From contig JAKFXT010000002.1 of assembly GCA_021731245.1 (NCBI GenBank), positions 24,164-88,163 of the forward strand: a stretch of DNA of 64,000 nucleotides, written 5' to 3'. The position numbers were made by a program, and so were the translations under genes. The notes under the pieces are model-generated. The model was not told the origin of the DNA. It worked only from the letters and a program-made list of their open reading frames with translations, and searched no databases. Below, one piece after another: positions 31,517 to 41,613 of this stretch. Positions within the stretch are counted from its first letter, which is position 1; each line of letters opens with the position of its first letter. This DNA is from Patescibacteria group bacterium. GTDB lineage: Bacteria > Patescibacteriota > Minisyncoccia > Phycocordibacterales > JAKFXT01.

Positions 31517-32128
31517 ATGACAAATGAATTTTCTAAAAAATATGATACGGGGGTAGATGGAAATGATGGGGTGATTTCTAATGATGCACCCGAGGAAGCT
31601 TTTGTATTAGAAGAAGGAGAAGAAGCTGATATTAAAGCTACGGAAAAACTTCACGAACTTAGAGATAAGCTGAAAGCTTGTGAAAAAGAAAGACTAGAAT
31701 ATCTTTCTGGCTGGCAAAGAAGTAAAGCTGATTTTATAAATGCAAAGAAAGAAGTTGCAATAGAAAAAGAAAGCTTCATCTCTTTTTCTGAAGGCGCTTT
31801 GATTAAGGACCTTTTGCCCGTGCTTTCTAGTTTCAGCGCCGCTATGGCTGACAAAAAAGTCTGGGAAGAAGTTCCTCTTAATTGGAGACAAGGGGTTGAA
31901 TATATATATAGCCAATTAATGCAGGTCCTCTCGACAAGGGGCCTTGAAGTAAAAGAGCCGAGGGATGAGAGGTTTGACCCAAACTTACACGAAGCTGTCG
32001 GAGAAGAAATAGTTGATACTGAAGACAAAGATCATAAGATATTAAAAACACTTTCACCGGTTTTTTTACAAAAAAGTAAAGTGATTCAGCCAGCAAAAGT
32101 GATAGTTGGAAGATTTCCCAAAAAATAA
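31517..32128 (+). CDS. grpE: Nucleotide exchange factor GrpE
   Basis: A long paired helix with RSKADFINAKKE (similar to the RxxADFENYRKR consensus), a C-terminal beta-domain, and a position immediately upstream of dnaK. Confidence 0.8.
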   Translation: MTNEFSKKYDTGVDGNDGVISNDAPEEAFVLEEGEEADIKATEKLHELRDKLKACEKERLEYLSGWQRSKADFINAKKEVAIEKESFISFSEGALIKDLLPVLSSFSAAMADKKVWEEVPLNWRQGVEYIYSQLMQVLSTRGLEVKEPRDERFDPNLHEAVGEEIVDTEDKDHKILKTLSPVFLQKSKVIQPAKVIVGRFPKK

Positions 32129-32294
32129 TGAGCGCAGTGACTATATTTTTTGAGGACCCAGCACCTTATTGCGATAAATAAACTTATTAAGTAATATGTC
32201 CATCATCAAACAAAATAAAATTAAACATTTAATAACTTAAAAGGTGCTGGGTGATGATTTTTATAGTCGTTACCACTCCTTAAAAATTAATCAT

Positions 32295-34181
32295 ATGTCA
32301 AAAATACTTGGAATAGATTTAGGAACAACAAATTCAGCGATGGCCATAATAGAAGGGGGTGAACCTCGTATTATAGAAAATGTGGAGGGAGTTCGTACAA
32401 CGCCTTCTATTGTTGCTATTTCTAAAGCTAATGAGCGTTTAGTAGGACAGCTTGCCAAAAGACAAGCTGTAACGAATCCGGCCAATACTGTATACGGTAT
32501 AAAGCGTTTTATTGGACACTCATTTGAAGAAGGTGCTGTGCAACAAGACAAGAAAACAGCTTCATATAAAATAGAGAAAAGTGAGAACGGTGGAGTAAAG
32601 GTTCAACTCGGAGGAAATTGGTTTACACCAGAACAAATATCAGCTCTTATTTTGCAAAAATTAAAAACTGACGCTGAAAGTAAATTGGGAGAAAAAATAA
32701 CAGAAGCCATAATTACAGTTCCTGCGTATTTTAATGACGCCCAAAGACAAGCAACAAAAGACGCAGGCGCAATTGCAGGACTTGATGTAAAAAGAATCAT
32801 TAATGAACCAACTGCCGCCGCTCTCGCATATGGGTTTAATAAAAAGAAAAATGAAAAAATAGCCGTCTTTGACTTTGGTGGTGGAACTTTCGATATCTCT
32901 ATTCTAGAAGTAATACATGACGCTGAAGGGAATGACACAATTGAGGTTAAATCAACCGACGGGGACTCACACCTGGGTGGACGCGACATTGATCAAACTA
33001 TAATGCGCTTTATTGCCAGTGAATTTAAAAAAGAAAGTGGAATTGATGTGATGAACGATCCTCTTGCTGTTCAAAGACTTGATGAAACTGCAGAAAAAGC
33101 AAAACACGAGCTTTCTACTACAATAGAAACAGAGATAAACATTCCCTTCATAACTTCCGGCGTATCAGGTCCTCAACACTTATTAATGAAATTAAGTAGA
33201 GCAAAACTTGAAGAATTAACAGCTCCTTTTATAGACAGATCTATCGAAATAAGTAAGAGGGCAATGGATGCTTCTGGAATATCATTTGGAGAATTGAGCG
33301 AGGTTATCTTAGTTGGCGGACAAACTAGAATGCCAGCTATACAAGAAGCGGTAAAGAAACTTTTTGGCAAAGAACCAAATAAGTCTATTAATCCAGATGA
33401 GGTGGTGGCAATAGGCGCTGCAATTCAAGCGGGTATTCTCCAAGGAGATGTAAAAGATGTCTTACTTTTGGATGTTATACCGCTTTCTCTTGGAATTGAA
33501 ACATTGGGAGGAGTTGCAACTCACTTAATCGATAAAAATACTCATATACCAGCAAGTAAGTCGCAAGTATTTTCTACTGCGGCTGATAATCAAACTTCTG
33601 TTGAAATTCATATAACTCAGGGCGAAAGACCTCTGGCAACAGATAATAAAAGTTTGGGAAGATTCATATTGGATGGTATTCCACCATCGCCTCGTGGTAT
33701 GCCGCAAATAGAAGTTACCTTTGATGTGGATGTTAATGGAATTCTACAAGTTAAAGCGAAAGATAAAGCCTCTGGTAAAGAACAGTCTATAAGAATAGAG
33801 GCTCGTTCTGGATTAACGGATGATGACATTGAGAGAATGAAAAAAGAAGCTGAGGTTCATAGCGAGGAAGACAAAAAGAAGAAAGAAGAAATTGAACTTA
33901 AAAATCAAGCCGAACAACTTATATATGTTTCCGAAAAGTCTTTGAAAGATGCGGGGGACAAAGTAACAGCTGAACTTAAAACAAGTGTAGAATCTAGAAT
34001 TGCAGATTTGAAAAAAGCTAAGGATAGCGGTACAGGTCTTAAAGAAGCGCTGGATTCTTTGTCAACGGAGCTTTCAAAAATAGGAGAAGCTATGCAGAAA
34101 AACACACCTCCTCAAGAAAATAAAACTGATGATAACAAAGGTGAAGGAGAAGCTCCTATACGTGACGCTGAAACTAAGTAA
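32295..34181 (+). CDS. dnaK: Molecular chaperone DnaK (Hsp70)
   Basis: N-terminus [15 protein letters not shown], and the [12 protein letters not shown] and [11 protein letters not shown] signatures. Confidence 0.95.
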   Translation: MSKILGIDLGTTNSAMAIIEGGEPRIIENVEGVRTTPSIVAISKANERLVGQLAKRQAVTNPANTVYGIKRFIGHSFEEGAVQQDKKTASYKIEKSENGGVKVQLGGNWFTPEQISALILQKLKTDAESKLGEKITEAIITVPAYFNDAQRQATKDAGAIAGLDVKRIINEPTAAALAYGFNKKKNEKIAVFDFGGGTFDISILEVIHDAEGNDTIEVKSTDGDSHLGGRDIDQTIMRFIASEFKKESGIDVMNDPLAVQRLDETAEKAKHELSTTIETEINIPFITSGVSGPQHLLMKLSRAKLEELTAPFIDRSIEISKRAMDASGISFGELSEVILVGGQTRMPAIQEAVKKLFGKEPNKSINPDEVVAIGAAIQAGILQGDVKDVLLLDVIPLSLGIETLGGVATHLIDKNTHIPASKSQVFSTAADNQTSVEIHITQGERPLATDNKSLGRFILDGIPPSPRGMPQIEVTFDVDVNGILQVKAKDKASGKEQSIRIEARSGLTDDDIERMKKEAEVHSEEDKKKKEEIELKNQAEQLIYVSEKSLKDAGDKVTAELKTSVESRIADLKKAKDSGTGLKEALDSLSTELSKIGEAMQKNTPPQENKTDDNKGEGEAPIRDAETK

Positions 34182-34228
34182 ATTCAATTAAATTTGATAA
34201 AAAATATTGAAGTCGTATAATAAAAAGT

Positions 34229-35284
34229 ATGGCTAAAAATTACTACAATATTTTAGGTGTAGAAAAAAGCGCTACTAAAGACGATATAAAGAAGGCCTTT
34301 CATAAAATGGCTCATAAATATCACCCTGATAAAAAGGGGGGTGATAGTGATAAGTTTAAAGAAGTGAATGAGGCCTACGCCATACTTTCAGATGAGAATA
34401 AAAGAGCCGAATATGACGCTTATGGACAAACTTTCCAGAGCGGAAATGGCGGTGCTGGTTTTTCTGGTTTTAATGGATTTGATTTTAGTGGGCAAGGCTT
34501 CAACACAGAAGATCTGGGAGATATCTTCGGGGATATTTTTGGTGGTGGGAGAGAAAAAGTTAATCGCGGGCGCGATATCTCTATTGATTTGGAACTTTCT
34601 TTTGATGAAAGTATTTTTGGGGTGGAGCGTAAAGTTTTGATATCAAAATTATCTACTTGTGAAATATGTAAGGGAAGTGGCGGAAAACCAGGAACAACGC
34701 TCGATAAATGTAAAACTTGTAATGGAAATGGGAAAATTCGTGAAAATCGTCGTTCGTTTTTCGGTTCAGTTAGTGTCACTCGCTCATGTGATACCTGCGG
34801 AGGAACTGGCAAAATGCCAAAGGAAAAATGTGGAACTTGCCATGGAGAAAGGGTGCTTAAAAGACAGGAAGAAATTACAATTGCCGTTCCAAGAGGAATT
34901 GATCATGGGGAGGTTATACGCTTAACCCAAAAGGGGGAAGCTTCTCCAAATGGCGTTGCGGGAGATTTGTATGTGAGAATTCACGTAAAAAACCATGCAA
35001 CCCTTAGAAGAGATGGTAATAATTTAATTACGAATATATCTATAAAGCTAACGGACGCACTACTTGGCTCAGAATATAAAATAGAAACTCTTGAGGGTCC
35101 TCTTACAATAACAATTCCTGCCGGTATATCTTTCGGAGAAATATTAAGAGTCAAAGGCAGAGGTGTGCCGTATGAAAAGAATCATCGTGGCGACTTACTT
35201 ATTAAAGTGTCTATTGCTATACCACAAAAATTATCTAAAGAATCTAAGAAACTTTTGGAGGAATTAAAAAAGGAAGGCGTTTAA
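34229..35284 (+). CDS. dnaJ: Molecular chaperone DnaJ
   Basis: J-domain with HPDKK, a Gly/Phe-rich linker, and four CxxCxGxG zinc-finger repeats. Confidence 0.9.
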   Translation: MAKNYYNILGVEKSATKDDIKKAFHKMAHKYHPDKKGGDSDKFKEVNEAYAILSDENKRAEYDAYGQTFQSGNGGAGFSGFNGFDFSGQGFNTEDLGDIFGDIFGGGREKVNRGRDISIDLELSFDESIFGVERKVLISKLSTCEICKGSGGKPGTTLDKCKTCNGNGKIRENRRSFFGSVSVTRSCDTCGGTGKMPKEKCGTCHGERVLKRQEEITIAVPRGIDHGEVIRLTQKGEASPNGVAGDLYVRIHVKNHATLRRDGNNLITNISIKLTDALLGSEYKIETLEGPLTITIPAGISFGEILRVKGRGVPYEKNHRGDLLIKVSIAIPQKLSKESKKLLEELKKEGV

Positions 35285-35335
35285 ATGTGGAGAATAAATT
35301 CAATAAATAACAATTAGTGTAGTAAAATATAGACT

Positions 35336-35809
35336 ATGTCTGTCGATATTATTGTTCTAGTTGTCCTGCTTTTTTTAATATTAGGAGGAATACTCCATTT
35401 TGGTAAAAGTGTTGGCGTTGCGATTATTTTTTCTATACCCATAACAGCTTTCCTCTATGACAGACTTCCATTTTTAGAAAAAATTACAACCTTTGCCAAA
35501 GGTTCCGTTGGAATTGAGGTAGTTAAAGTTTTGGTTTTTATAATACTCTTACTTGTCGTATATATAGTGGTTCGTAAAGCTGTGTCAGTTGTATTCCCTT
35601 GGAATCCACTGCCAAAAGTGTTTGAGGGCTCTGTTATAACAATAATCGTTTTTGGTCTTTTAGTTACAACTCTATCAACTTACATTGACCCGAGTTTCAT
35701 AACTTCTCATCTTCCTTTTGTTTCTAAAATCCTCAATATACCGAACATCCTCTTTTGGTGGATGGTCGGCAGTATGTTTTCTTTGATTTTTATACTGAAT
35801 CAGAACTAA
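35336..35809 (+). CDS. Hypothetical multi-pass membrane protein (possibly CvpA-like)
   Basis: 157 aa with 4 predicted TM helices. The assignment is weak. Confidence 0.35.
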   Translation: MSVDIIVLVVLLFLILGGILHFGKSVGVAIIFSIPITAFLYDRLPFLEKITTFAKGSVGIEVVKVLVFIILLLVVYIVVRKAVSVVFPWNPLPKVFEGSVITIIVFGLLVTTLSTYIDPSFITSHLPFVSKILNIPNILFWWMVGSMFSLIFILNQN

Positions 35810-35813
35810 ATAC

Positions 35814-36506
35814 ATGATACCGGCCCTTATACCCTTTTTACTTCAAAATTTAATTTGGATACCAACTCAACTCTTTTTGAGAACTTTCGGACACTTTAAA
35901 GTCTCTGGCTTAGAAAATTTAAAAGATCTCAAGGGCTCAGTCATTTTTGTCAGCAATCATACGAGTGAACTTGATCCAATTCTACTCCCAGCATCCCTCC
36001 CCTTATTTTCTAGGTTTTATCCAATTTTCTATGTCTCTCGCGAGAAAACTTTCTATAACATAAGACAGATATTGAAACGTATTTTTTATGGAGGTTTTTT
36101 CTTTGAAATATGGGGTGCTTATCAAACTCACGTCGGAATACATAATTACGAAGAATCTTTGAAAACTCATATAAAAATTTTAGAAAAAGGACACTCCCTT
36201 TTTATATTCCCAGAAGGAAAAAAGAGTGTCGATGGTAATTTACAAGAGGGGAAAGGCGGAGCTACTTTCTTATCCCACAGAACAAATACACCAATTGTCT
36301 CTATTGCTATAATAGGAGTATACAAAACAAACTTAATGGATTTTCTTCTGTTTAGAAATAATTTTAAGTTGATTTTTGGTAAGCCAATTTACCCTAATGA
36401 GTTGTTTGTAAATAAAATTGATAATTATCATCAGTATAAGACGATTATCAATGACAAGGTGATGCCTTGTATTCAAAAATTGTTAAGTGAATCTTCTAGA
36501 GAATAG
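35814..36506 (+). CDS. plsC: 1-acyl-sn-glycerol-3-phosphate acyltransferase (PlsC family)
   Basis: The HxxxxD acyltransferase motif (NHTSELD) and the FPEGKKS block. Confidence 0.75.
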   Translation: MIPALIPFLLQNLIWIPTQLFLRTFGHFKVSGLENLKDLKGSVIFVSNHTSELDPILLPASLPLFSRFYPIFYVSREKTFYNIRQILKRIFYGGFFFEIWGAYQTHVGIHNYEESLKTHIKILEKGHSLFIFPEGKKSVDGNLQEGKGGATFLSHRTNTPIVSIAIIGVYKTNLMDFLLFRNNFKLIFGKPIYPNELFVNKIDNYHQYKTIINDKVMPCIQKLLSESSRE

Positions 36507-36529
36507 CAGCTTATTGATGTATTATTTTT

Positions 36530-38191
36530 ATGATGTTAAGCCAAGAAGCCATAGAGGTAATTTTAAATATTAAAGGTAAGACAGTTACTACGCCAGAAGA
36601 TATGGCGGACAGACTAAACATTACCTTTTATCCCTTATCTAAAGATCGCACCATATCACCTCAAATGGAGGAGTTTAGTGCTAAATTAAAAGAAGTATTT
36701 GAAAAACTCAAAGTTAATGTAGTACCTTACTCAGAGTCCCTAGAAGTAGTACCCCTGAAAAAGCGCCTGAAGCGTGGTGTGTATATTCTATTAAATAATT
36801 TTCTATATTTATTCGAAAAAACATATGGAAAAAAAGAAAAACGACACTATTTTGACGTCGAAACATTCAAAGGCATATTAAAAAATCAAAGAATTAAGCC
36901 AGGAATTTCTATAGTTGCTTGTGGAGAAAATGATATAGGTAATCTTCCTATTGAAAAAACTTCAAGTTTTCGTCACAGCTCTGTAATTACTATTTTGGAT
37001 AAGCCAATAACGATCAATAAAGATAGTAACTTCTACGATCATTTTGACACCGCAATGTCTCTTTTTGCTTATCACATGACTAATATAATTATATTAGTTG
37101 ATAAAGAAGAATGGACTCTCTACAATTTTAACGCGTCACACCCTACATATAACTTAACCAACACTTTTGAAAAGGGAGTTCTTTATGGACTAATTCCTAA
37201 AATAGTAGCGCCAATTTTACCCTATAGATTTTCTGATTTTATTGTAAATAAAAACTCTTTTAATATTGATGATACTAACCATTCTTATATCGTAAGAGAT
37301 TTAGTGGAAAGCGGTAAATTATTTGAACAATCTGGACTTTACCCTAAAGGTAAGAAAATTGACGATCTCCCTTTTCGTAATACATTTCATCGTTGGATTG
37401 GTAAAATACATCTAGATAATAGAAGTGGTATGAGTTATGGATTCTTGGCCTATCAAATCCCTGCGAGACTCTCGCCTCTAATTCCTTACAATGATAAGGA
37501 AAAGATTTTCGGTAAAAACACTAAAATAGATAAAGATTATTTCTTCTATAAAAATGAACTTTATGCACTTATAGAATTAAAGGATGGTAAGTTTTTTATG
37601 AAAATTCCAGAAGTTTGGATTCTAAGCCAACGGTCAGGATCTGATAAAACTAATATAAATCCTAACAAAGATTTGGTTAAGCTTGGCTTAAAAGATGGAG
37701 AGATGTATCTCCAAACACCAAAAGGATTGGCATTAAAAAATGATTATAAACCATCTTTCGATACGGGGGTTATTCTTTCTCATGCTGTAGGTAATGCCAT
37801 AGTTGCATCAATACTTAATCACTATGATTCGAATGATGCTTTTGCAAAAAGAGTCTCTAACAAGGGCCTTTCTATAAGTCATTGGCATGGTTATATAAAT
37901 CCAAAATTTATACCAGAAGGTTGGTTTTTATATGGTGAAAATAATCCAAACGTATCTTGCTCCTCTCCTCAATCAGCCATATATGCGATCGACGGTAAAT
38001 TTAAGGTATTTTTAGAAGCTCTTCGAGAAAATAAGAAGTTTCTTGGCGATATTCACATAGAACCACATCACGGTACTAACATTTCATATCCGTCACTAAT
38101 AGAATTAGGTAGTTACTTTGTAAAGAATATAGAAGCGGCTAGCTTAGGAAATAAATATTTATCCTCTTATGAAAGCAAGGAAAATGTATGA
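36530..38191 (+). CDS. Hypothetical 553-aa soluble protein. Its stop overlaps the start of the downstream histidine kinase (ATGA overlap), suggesting translational coupling.
   Basis: Long ORF with no recognised motifs. The 3' end ...GTATGAttc shares bases with the kinase start. Confidence 0.45.
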   Translation: MMLSQEAIEVILNIKGKTVTTPEDMADRLNITFYPLSKDRTISPQMEEFSAKLKEVFEKLKVNVVPYSESLEVVPLKKRLKRGVYILLNNFLYLFEKTYGKKEKRHYFDVETFKGILKNQRIKPGISIVACGENDIGNLPIEKTSSFRHSSVITILDKPITINKDSNFYDHFDTAMSLFAYHMTNIIILVDKEEWTLYNFNASHPTYNLTNTFEKGVLYGLIPKIVAPILPYRFSDFIVNKNSFNIDDTNHSYIVRDLVESGKLFEQSGLYPKGKKIDDLPFRNTFHRWIGKIHLDNRSGMSYGFLAYQIPARLSPLIPYNDKEKIFGKNTKIDKDYFFYKNELYALIELKDGKFFMKIPEVWILSQRSGSDKTNINPNKDLVKLGLKDGEMYLQTPKGLALKNDYKPSFDTGVILSHAVGNAIVASILNHYDSNDAFAKRVSNKGLSISHWHGYINPKFIPEGWFLYGENNPNVSCSSPQSAIYAIDGKFKVFLEALRENKKFLGDIHIEPHHGTNISYPSLIELGSYFVKNIEAASLGNKYLSSYESKENV

Positions 38192-39849
38192 TTCTAAATT
38201 TTGCTATTAACTATTATAGTGTCTCTCTTTTTATAGGCGGTTTTGTTGCTCTTCTTTCAGGAGCCGTAGTCTTTTTGAATGATAGAAAAAGTTTTACAAA
38301 TTGGAGTTGGCTACTACTAAATATAAGTAGCTCCATATGGAGCTTTGCTTATTTTCTAATGATTACCGCAGGAGATGTAATTTCTGGATACAGGTACAAT
38401 GTGATATTGCACTGGGGGGCTATTTGTATACCCTTCTTTTATTTTCTTTTTATACTTGGAATAACAAAGACCTTAAGTAGGTTTAGGACACTTGCTTTTG
38501 TCATAGGAACCATTGCTTTATTTTTTTCAGTAATAAATCAATCTCTACTATTCGTTGATAAGGTTCTTCCAAAATTTGTTTTCAACTATGCACCAAATGC
38601 AGGTCCATTTTATATATATTTCACAATTTATTTTTTCTCAATAAATATAATTGCGGGATTAATTTTACTAGAAAAAATATTAAAAAATAAAGACTCTAAA
38701 GAGGCCTCTCAATTAAAGCAGATACTGTTTTCTTCTGCAGCTGGGTTCATTGGAGGAGGGAGTGTTTTCTTTCTCACTTTCAATATAAATCTTCCACCGT
38801 ACCCAATAATTTTATTTGCTCTTTACCCGATAATAATTGCTTACGCAATCTCTAAATATAATCTATTTAATGTAAAACTGATTGCTACAGAACTTTTAAT
38901 ATTTTCAATTTGGTTAATATTAACTGTAAAGATGGTACTCACTCAGAGTTTCTACGATCAATTAATAGACGCCACTCTATTACTAATTACTATTGTCCTA
39001 GGAATATTCTTAATAAGGAGTGTTTTGAAAGAAGTTAAGCAACGTGAAGAAATTGAAAAATTAGCAAGTCAATTAACAGCCGCCAATGCACGATTGAAAG
39101 AACTTGATAAATTGAAGTCGGAATTCGTTTCCATTGCCTCCCACCAACTTAGAAGTCCACTTACGGCCATAAAAGGTTACGCCTCACTCATCTTGGATGG
39201 CTCCTACGGAAAAATTACTTACGGAGTACATGAAGCGGTAAACAAAATATTCCAGTCCAGCGTGTCACTTGTCATAATGGTTGAAGACTTCTTAAGTATT
39301 TCTCGTATAGAACAGGGAACAATGAAATATAATTTGGAAACTATTGATATTGAGGAATTAATTAAAACGGTAGTAGGGGAACAAGAGGCAAATGTTGAAA
39401 GGGTGGGGCTCAAGATTAGTTTTTCAACTGATAAAAAACCACCCTATCTTGTCAGTATTGATATAAACAAAATAAGACAAGTGATAACAAACTTAATAGA
39501 TAATTCTGTTAAGTACACACCTAAGGGTTCCATCTCTGTTCGTCTATATAAAGAACCATCCAGAAATAAAATTATGTTTTCTATATCTGACACCGGTGTT
39601 GGAATTGATAAAGAAACCATACCTCAATTATTTGCTAAATTTAGTAGAGCTAAAGATGCAAATAAGGTTAATGTTGTGGGAACTGGGCTTGGATTATACA
39701 TAGTTAAAGAAATTATAATGGGTCACAAGGGCCGTGTCTCTGTAACGTCCGAGGGTAAAGGGAAGGGGTCTAATTTCTTTGTAGAACTAGATGAGAATTT
39801 AGATGCCGCGCGCGTAAACAGGGTTAATGAGTTTGCAAAAAGTGTTTAA
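38188..39849 (+). CDS. Sensor histidine kinase with an N-terminal membrane domain of ~9 predicted TM helices
   Basis: HisKA H-box (SIASHQLRSPLTAIKGY), HATPase_c N/G boxes (DNSVKYT...ISDTGVGID...GTGLGLYIVKEI). Eight to nine hydrophobic helices at the N-terminus. Confidence 0.8.
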   Translation: MILNFAINYYSVSLFIGGFVALLSGAVVFLNDRKSFTNWSWLLLNISSSIWSFAYFLMITAGDVISGYRYNVILHWGAICIPFFYFLFILGITKTLSRFRTLAFVIGTIALFFSVINQSLLFVDKVLPKFVFNYAPNAGPFYIYFTIYFFSINIIAGLILLEKILKNKDSKEASQLKQILFSSAAGFIGGGSVFFLTFNINLPPYPIILFALYPIIIAYAISKYNLFNVKLIATELLIFSIWLILTVKMVLTQSFYDQLIDATLLLITIVLGIFLIRSVLKEVKQREEIEKLASQLTAANARLKELDKLKSEFVSIASHQLRSPLTAIKGYASLILDGSYGKITYGVHEAVNKIFQSSVSLVIMVEDFLSISRIEQGTMKYNLETIDIEELIKTVVGEQEANVERVGLKISFSTDKKPPYLVSIDINKIRQVITNLIDNSVKYTPKGSISVRLYKEPSRNKIMFSISDTGVGIDKETIPQLFAKFSRAKDANKVNVVGTGLGLYIVKEIIMGHKGRVSVTSEGKGKGSNFFVELDENLDAARVNRVNEFAKSV

Positions 39850-39868
39850 TTTAAATTAAAATTAAAAG

Positions 39869-40564
39869 ATGGAATTTACAACAACATTCTTTTTCATAGT
39901 AGGAGGGACACTCTGTCTTGTAACTTCTATTTTCTTTTTCATTTCATATTTTAAGACAAAACAAAGAGCAAGTCTTTCCCTCGCTTTTGTATCTTTTTGG
40001 ATAGCGCTACATGCTTACGCTTTTTCACTACCAACAATAATAGACCCGGGTAATCTTGAACTCCTAGCGGTTGGATACATAGTGGGAATTGCAGCCCTCT
40101 TTTTAGTACAGATTTCTGGTCTTGAAGTTCAAAACTTTATGACAAAACATGCTACTAATATTAATTTCCCAACAATAGGTAGTCTACTGATAACTCTAGT
40201 GGCCTCCATAACATTAATTATCATGTCTTATGACTTTAGAACACCCATATTTAATGATTCTGGTATTATTTTTTGGAATGTAAATAAAATAGCTCAGTGG
40301 CTTATTGGCTTATCTAGTCTCACATACGGTCTTTTTTGGAATTATGTTTTTTATCAAGCGGCTATAATAGTAGATGATTCTTACGCTCGCTTCAGATTGA
40401 TGATAATAGGTATAGCAGGAACGAGTATGGGAACTACTGCTTTTTTGGTTCACACATCATCAAGTGAAATACAAACTCTCACTGGACATATAATATTCGT
40501 TATTTCAGGCCTAATGATCTTGGGTATATTCATAATCCCAAAGAGACTTTTCTCATCCAAATAG
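39869..40564 (+). CDS. Hypothetical multi-pass membrane protein
   Basis: 231 aa with ~6 TM helices. Followed by a terminator. Confidence 0.45.
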   Translation: MEFTTTFFFIVGGTLCLVTSIFFFISYFKTKQRASLSLAFVSFWIALHAYAFSLPTIIDPGNLELLAVGYIVGIAALFLVQISGLEVQNFMTKHATNINFPTIGSLLITLVASITLIIMSYDFRTPIFNDSGIIFWNVNKIAQWLIGLSSLTYGLFWNYVFYQAAIIVDDSYARFRLMIIGIAGTSMGTTAFLVHTSSSEIQTLTGHIIFVISGLMILGIFIIPKRLFSSK

Positions 40565-40576
40565 AGCTTCAAAAAA

Positions 40577-40608
40577 ACGGCATTATACCCTTTAAATTAA
40601 GGGTCTTT
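40577..40608 (+). terminator. Rho-independent terminator
   Basis: ACCCTT-taaatt-AAGGGT followed by cttttttg. Confidence 0.55.
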
Positions 40609-40625
40609 TTTGTTAGGATGATGCA

Positions 40626-41609
40626 ATGACTAAAAAGGTGTTGGTTTCAGGAATTCAAGCAAGTGGACGCCTCCACTTTGGCAATTATTTTGGTGCTATG
40701 AAACAAAATGTAGCCCTAACTGAAAGTGGAGAATATGAGTCTTTTGTATTTATAGCTGACTACCACGCCCTAACAACCTTAAAAGACAGGGATTCTCTAT
40801 CGAAGGCAACGAGTGAGATAGTTGCAAGTTATATGGCCTGTGGATTAGATACCAAAAAAGTAGCTCTTTTTAAGCAATCGGATGTACCACAACATACTGA
40901 ATTAGCGACAATCTTTAATAACGTTGTTACTGTTCCTTACCTTATGCGTGCCCACGCATTTAAGGACCACGAAGCAAAAAACAAAGAGGTGAATGTGGGT
41001 CTTTTTGATTATCCAGTTTTAATGGCAGCAGACATTTTGATGTATCAAGCAGATATCGTTCCTGTAGGATCTGACCAAAAACAGCACGTTGAATACGCAC
41101 GCGACATAGCTGGTTTTTATAATAGAGCTTGGGGAGTAGATTATTTCAAACTTCCTAAAGAATATATTTTAAAAGATGTCGCAACAGTTCCAGGAATTGA
41201 TGGACAAAAAATGAGTAAGAGTAAGGGAAATGTAATTCCACTTTTTGAAGATGAGGAAGAGCTTAAAAAGGCAGTAATGGGAATAGTAACTGATAGTTCT
41301 ACGCCAGATGATAAGAAAAACCCTGACGAAAATATCATCTATAATATTCACAAGCTTTTCTTGGATGACAGTCAGAACTCTGAATTAAGAAATAAATTTG
41401 AAAACGGTGGATACTCATATAAAGAAGCCAAAGACGACTTACTAAAGACTATTATTGATTGGAGAAAAGGTAAAAAAGATATTTATGATGGACTTATAAA
41501 TAATCCTGAAAAGATAAAGGAAATATTGAAAGAAGGTGGAGAAAAAGCTAAGAAAAAAGCTACGGAAACAATGCACGATGTCCGCTTACAAACCGGTTTA
41601 GACTTTTAA
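40626..41609 (+). CDS. trpS: Tryptophanyl-tRNA synthetase
   Basis: Class I HIGH-like motif (LHFGNYFGA), KMSKS, and a ~330-aa size. Confidence 0.9.
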   Translation: MTKKVLVSGIQASGRLHFGNYFGAMKQNVALTESGEYESFVFIADYHALTTLKDRDSLSKATSEIVASYMACGLDTKKVALFKQSDVPQHTELATIFNNVVTVPYLMRAHAFKDHEAKNKEVNVGLFDYPVLMAADILMYQADIVPVGSDQKQHVEYARDIAGFYNRAWGVDYFKLPKEYILKDVATVPGIDGQKMSKSKGNVIPLFEDEEELKKAVMGIVTDSSTPDDKKNPDENIIYNIHKLFLDDSQNSELRNKFENGGYSYKEAKDDLLKTIIDWRKGKKDIYDGLINNPEKIKEILKEGGEKAKKKATETMHDVRLQTGLDF

Positions 41610-41613
41610 ATTT

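Noticed and set aside
31458-32294. CIRCE heat-shock operator upstream of grpE/dnaK
   Set aside because: The consensus TTAGCACTC-N9-GAGTGCTAA is absent. Only a different long-range inverted repeat is present, which I reported as a finding.
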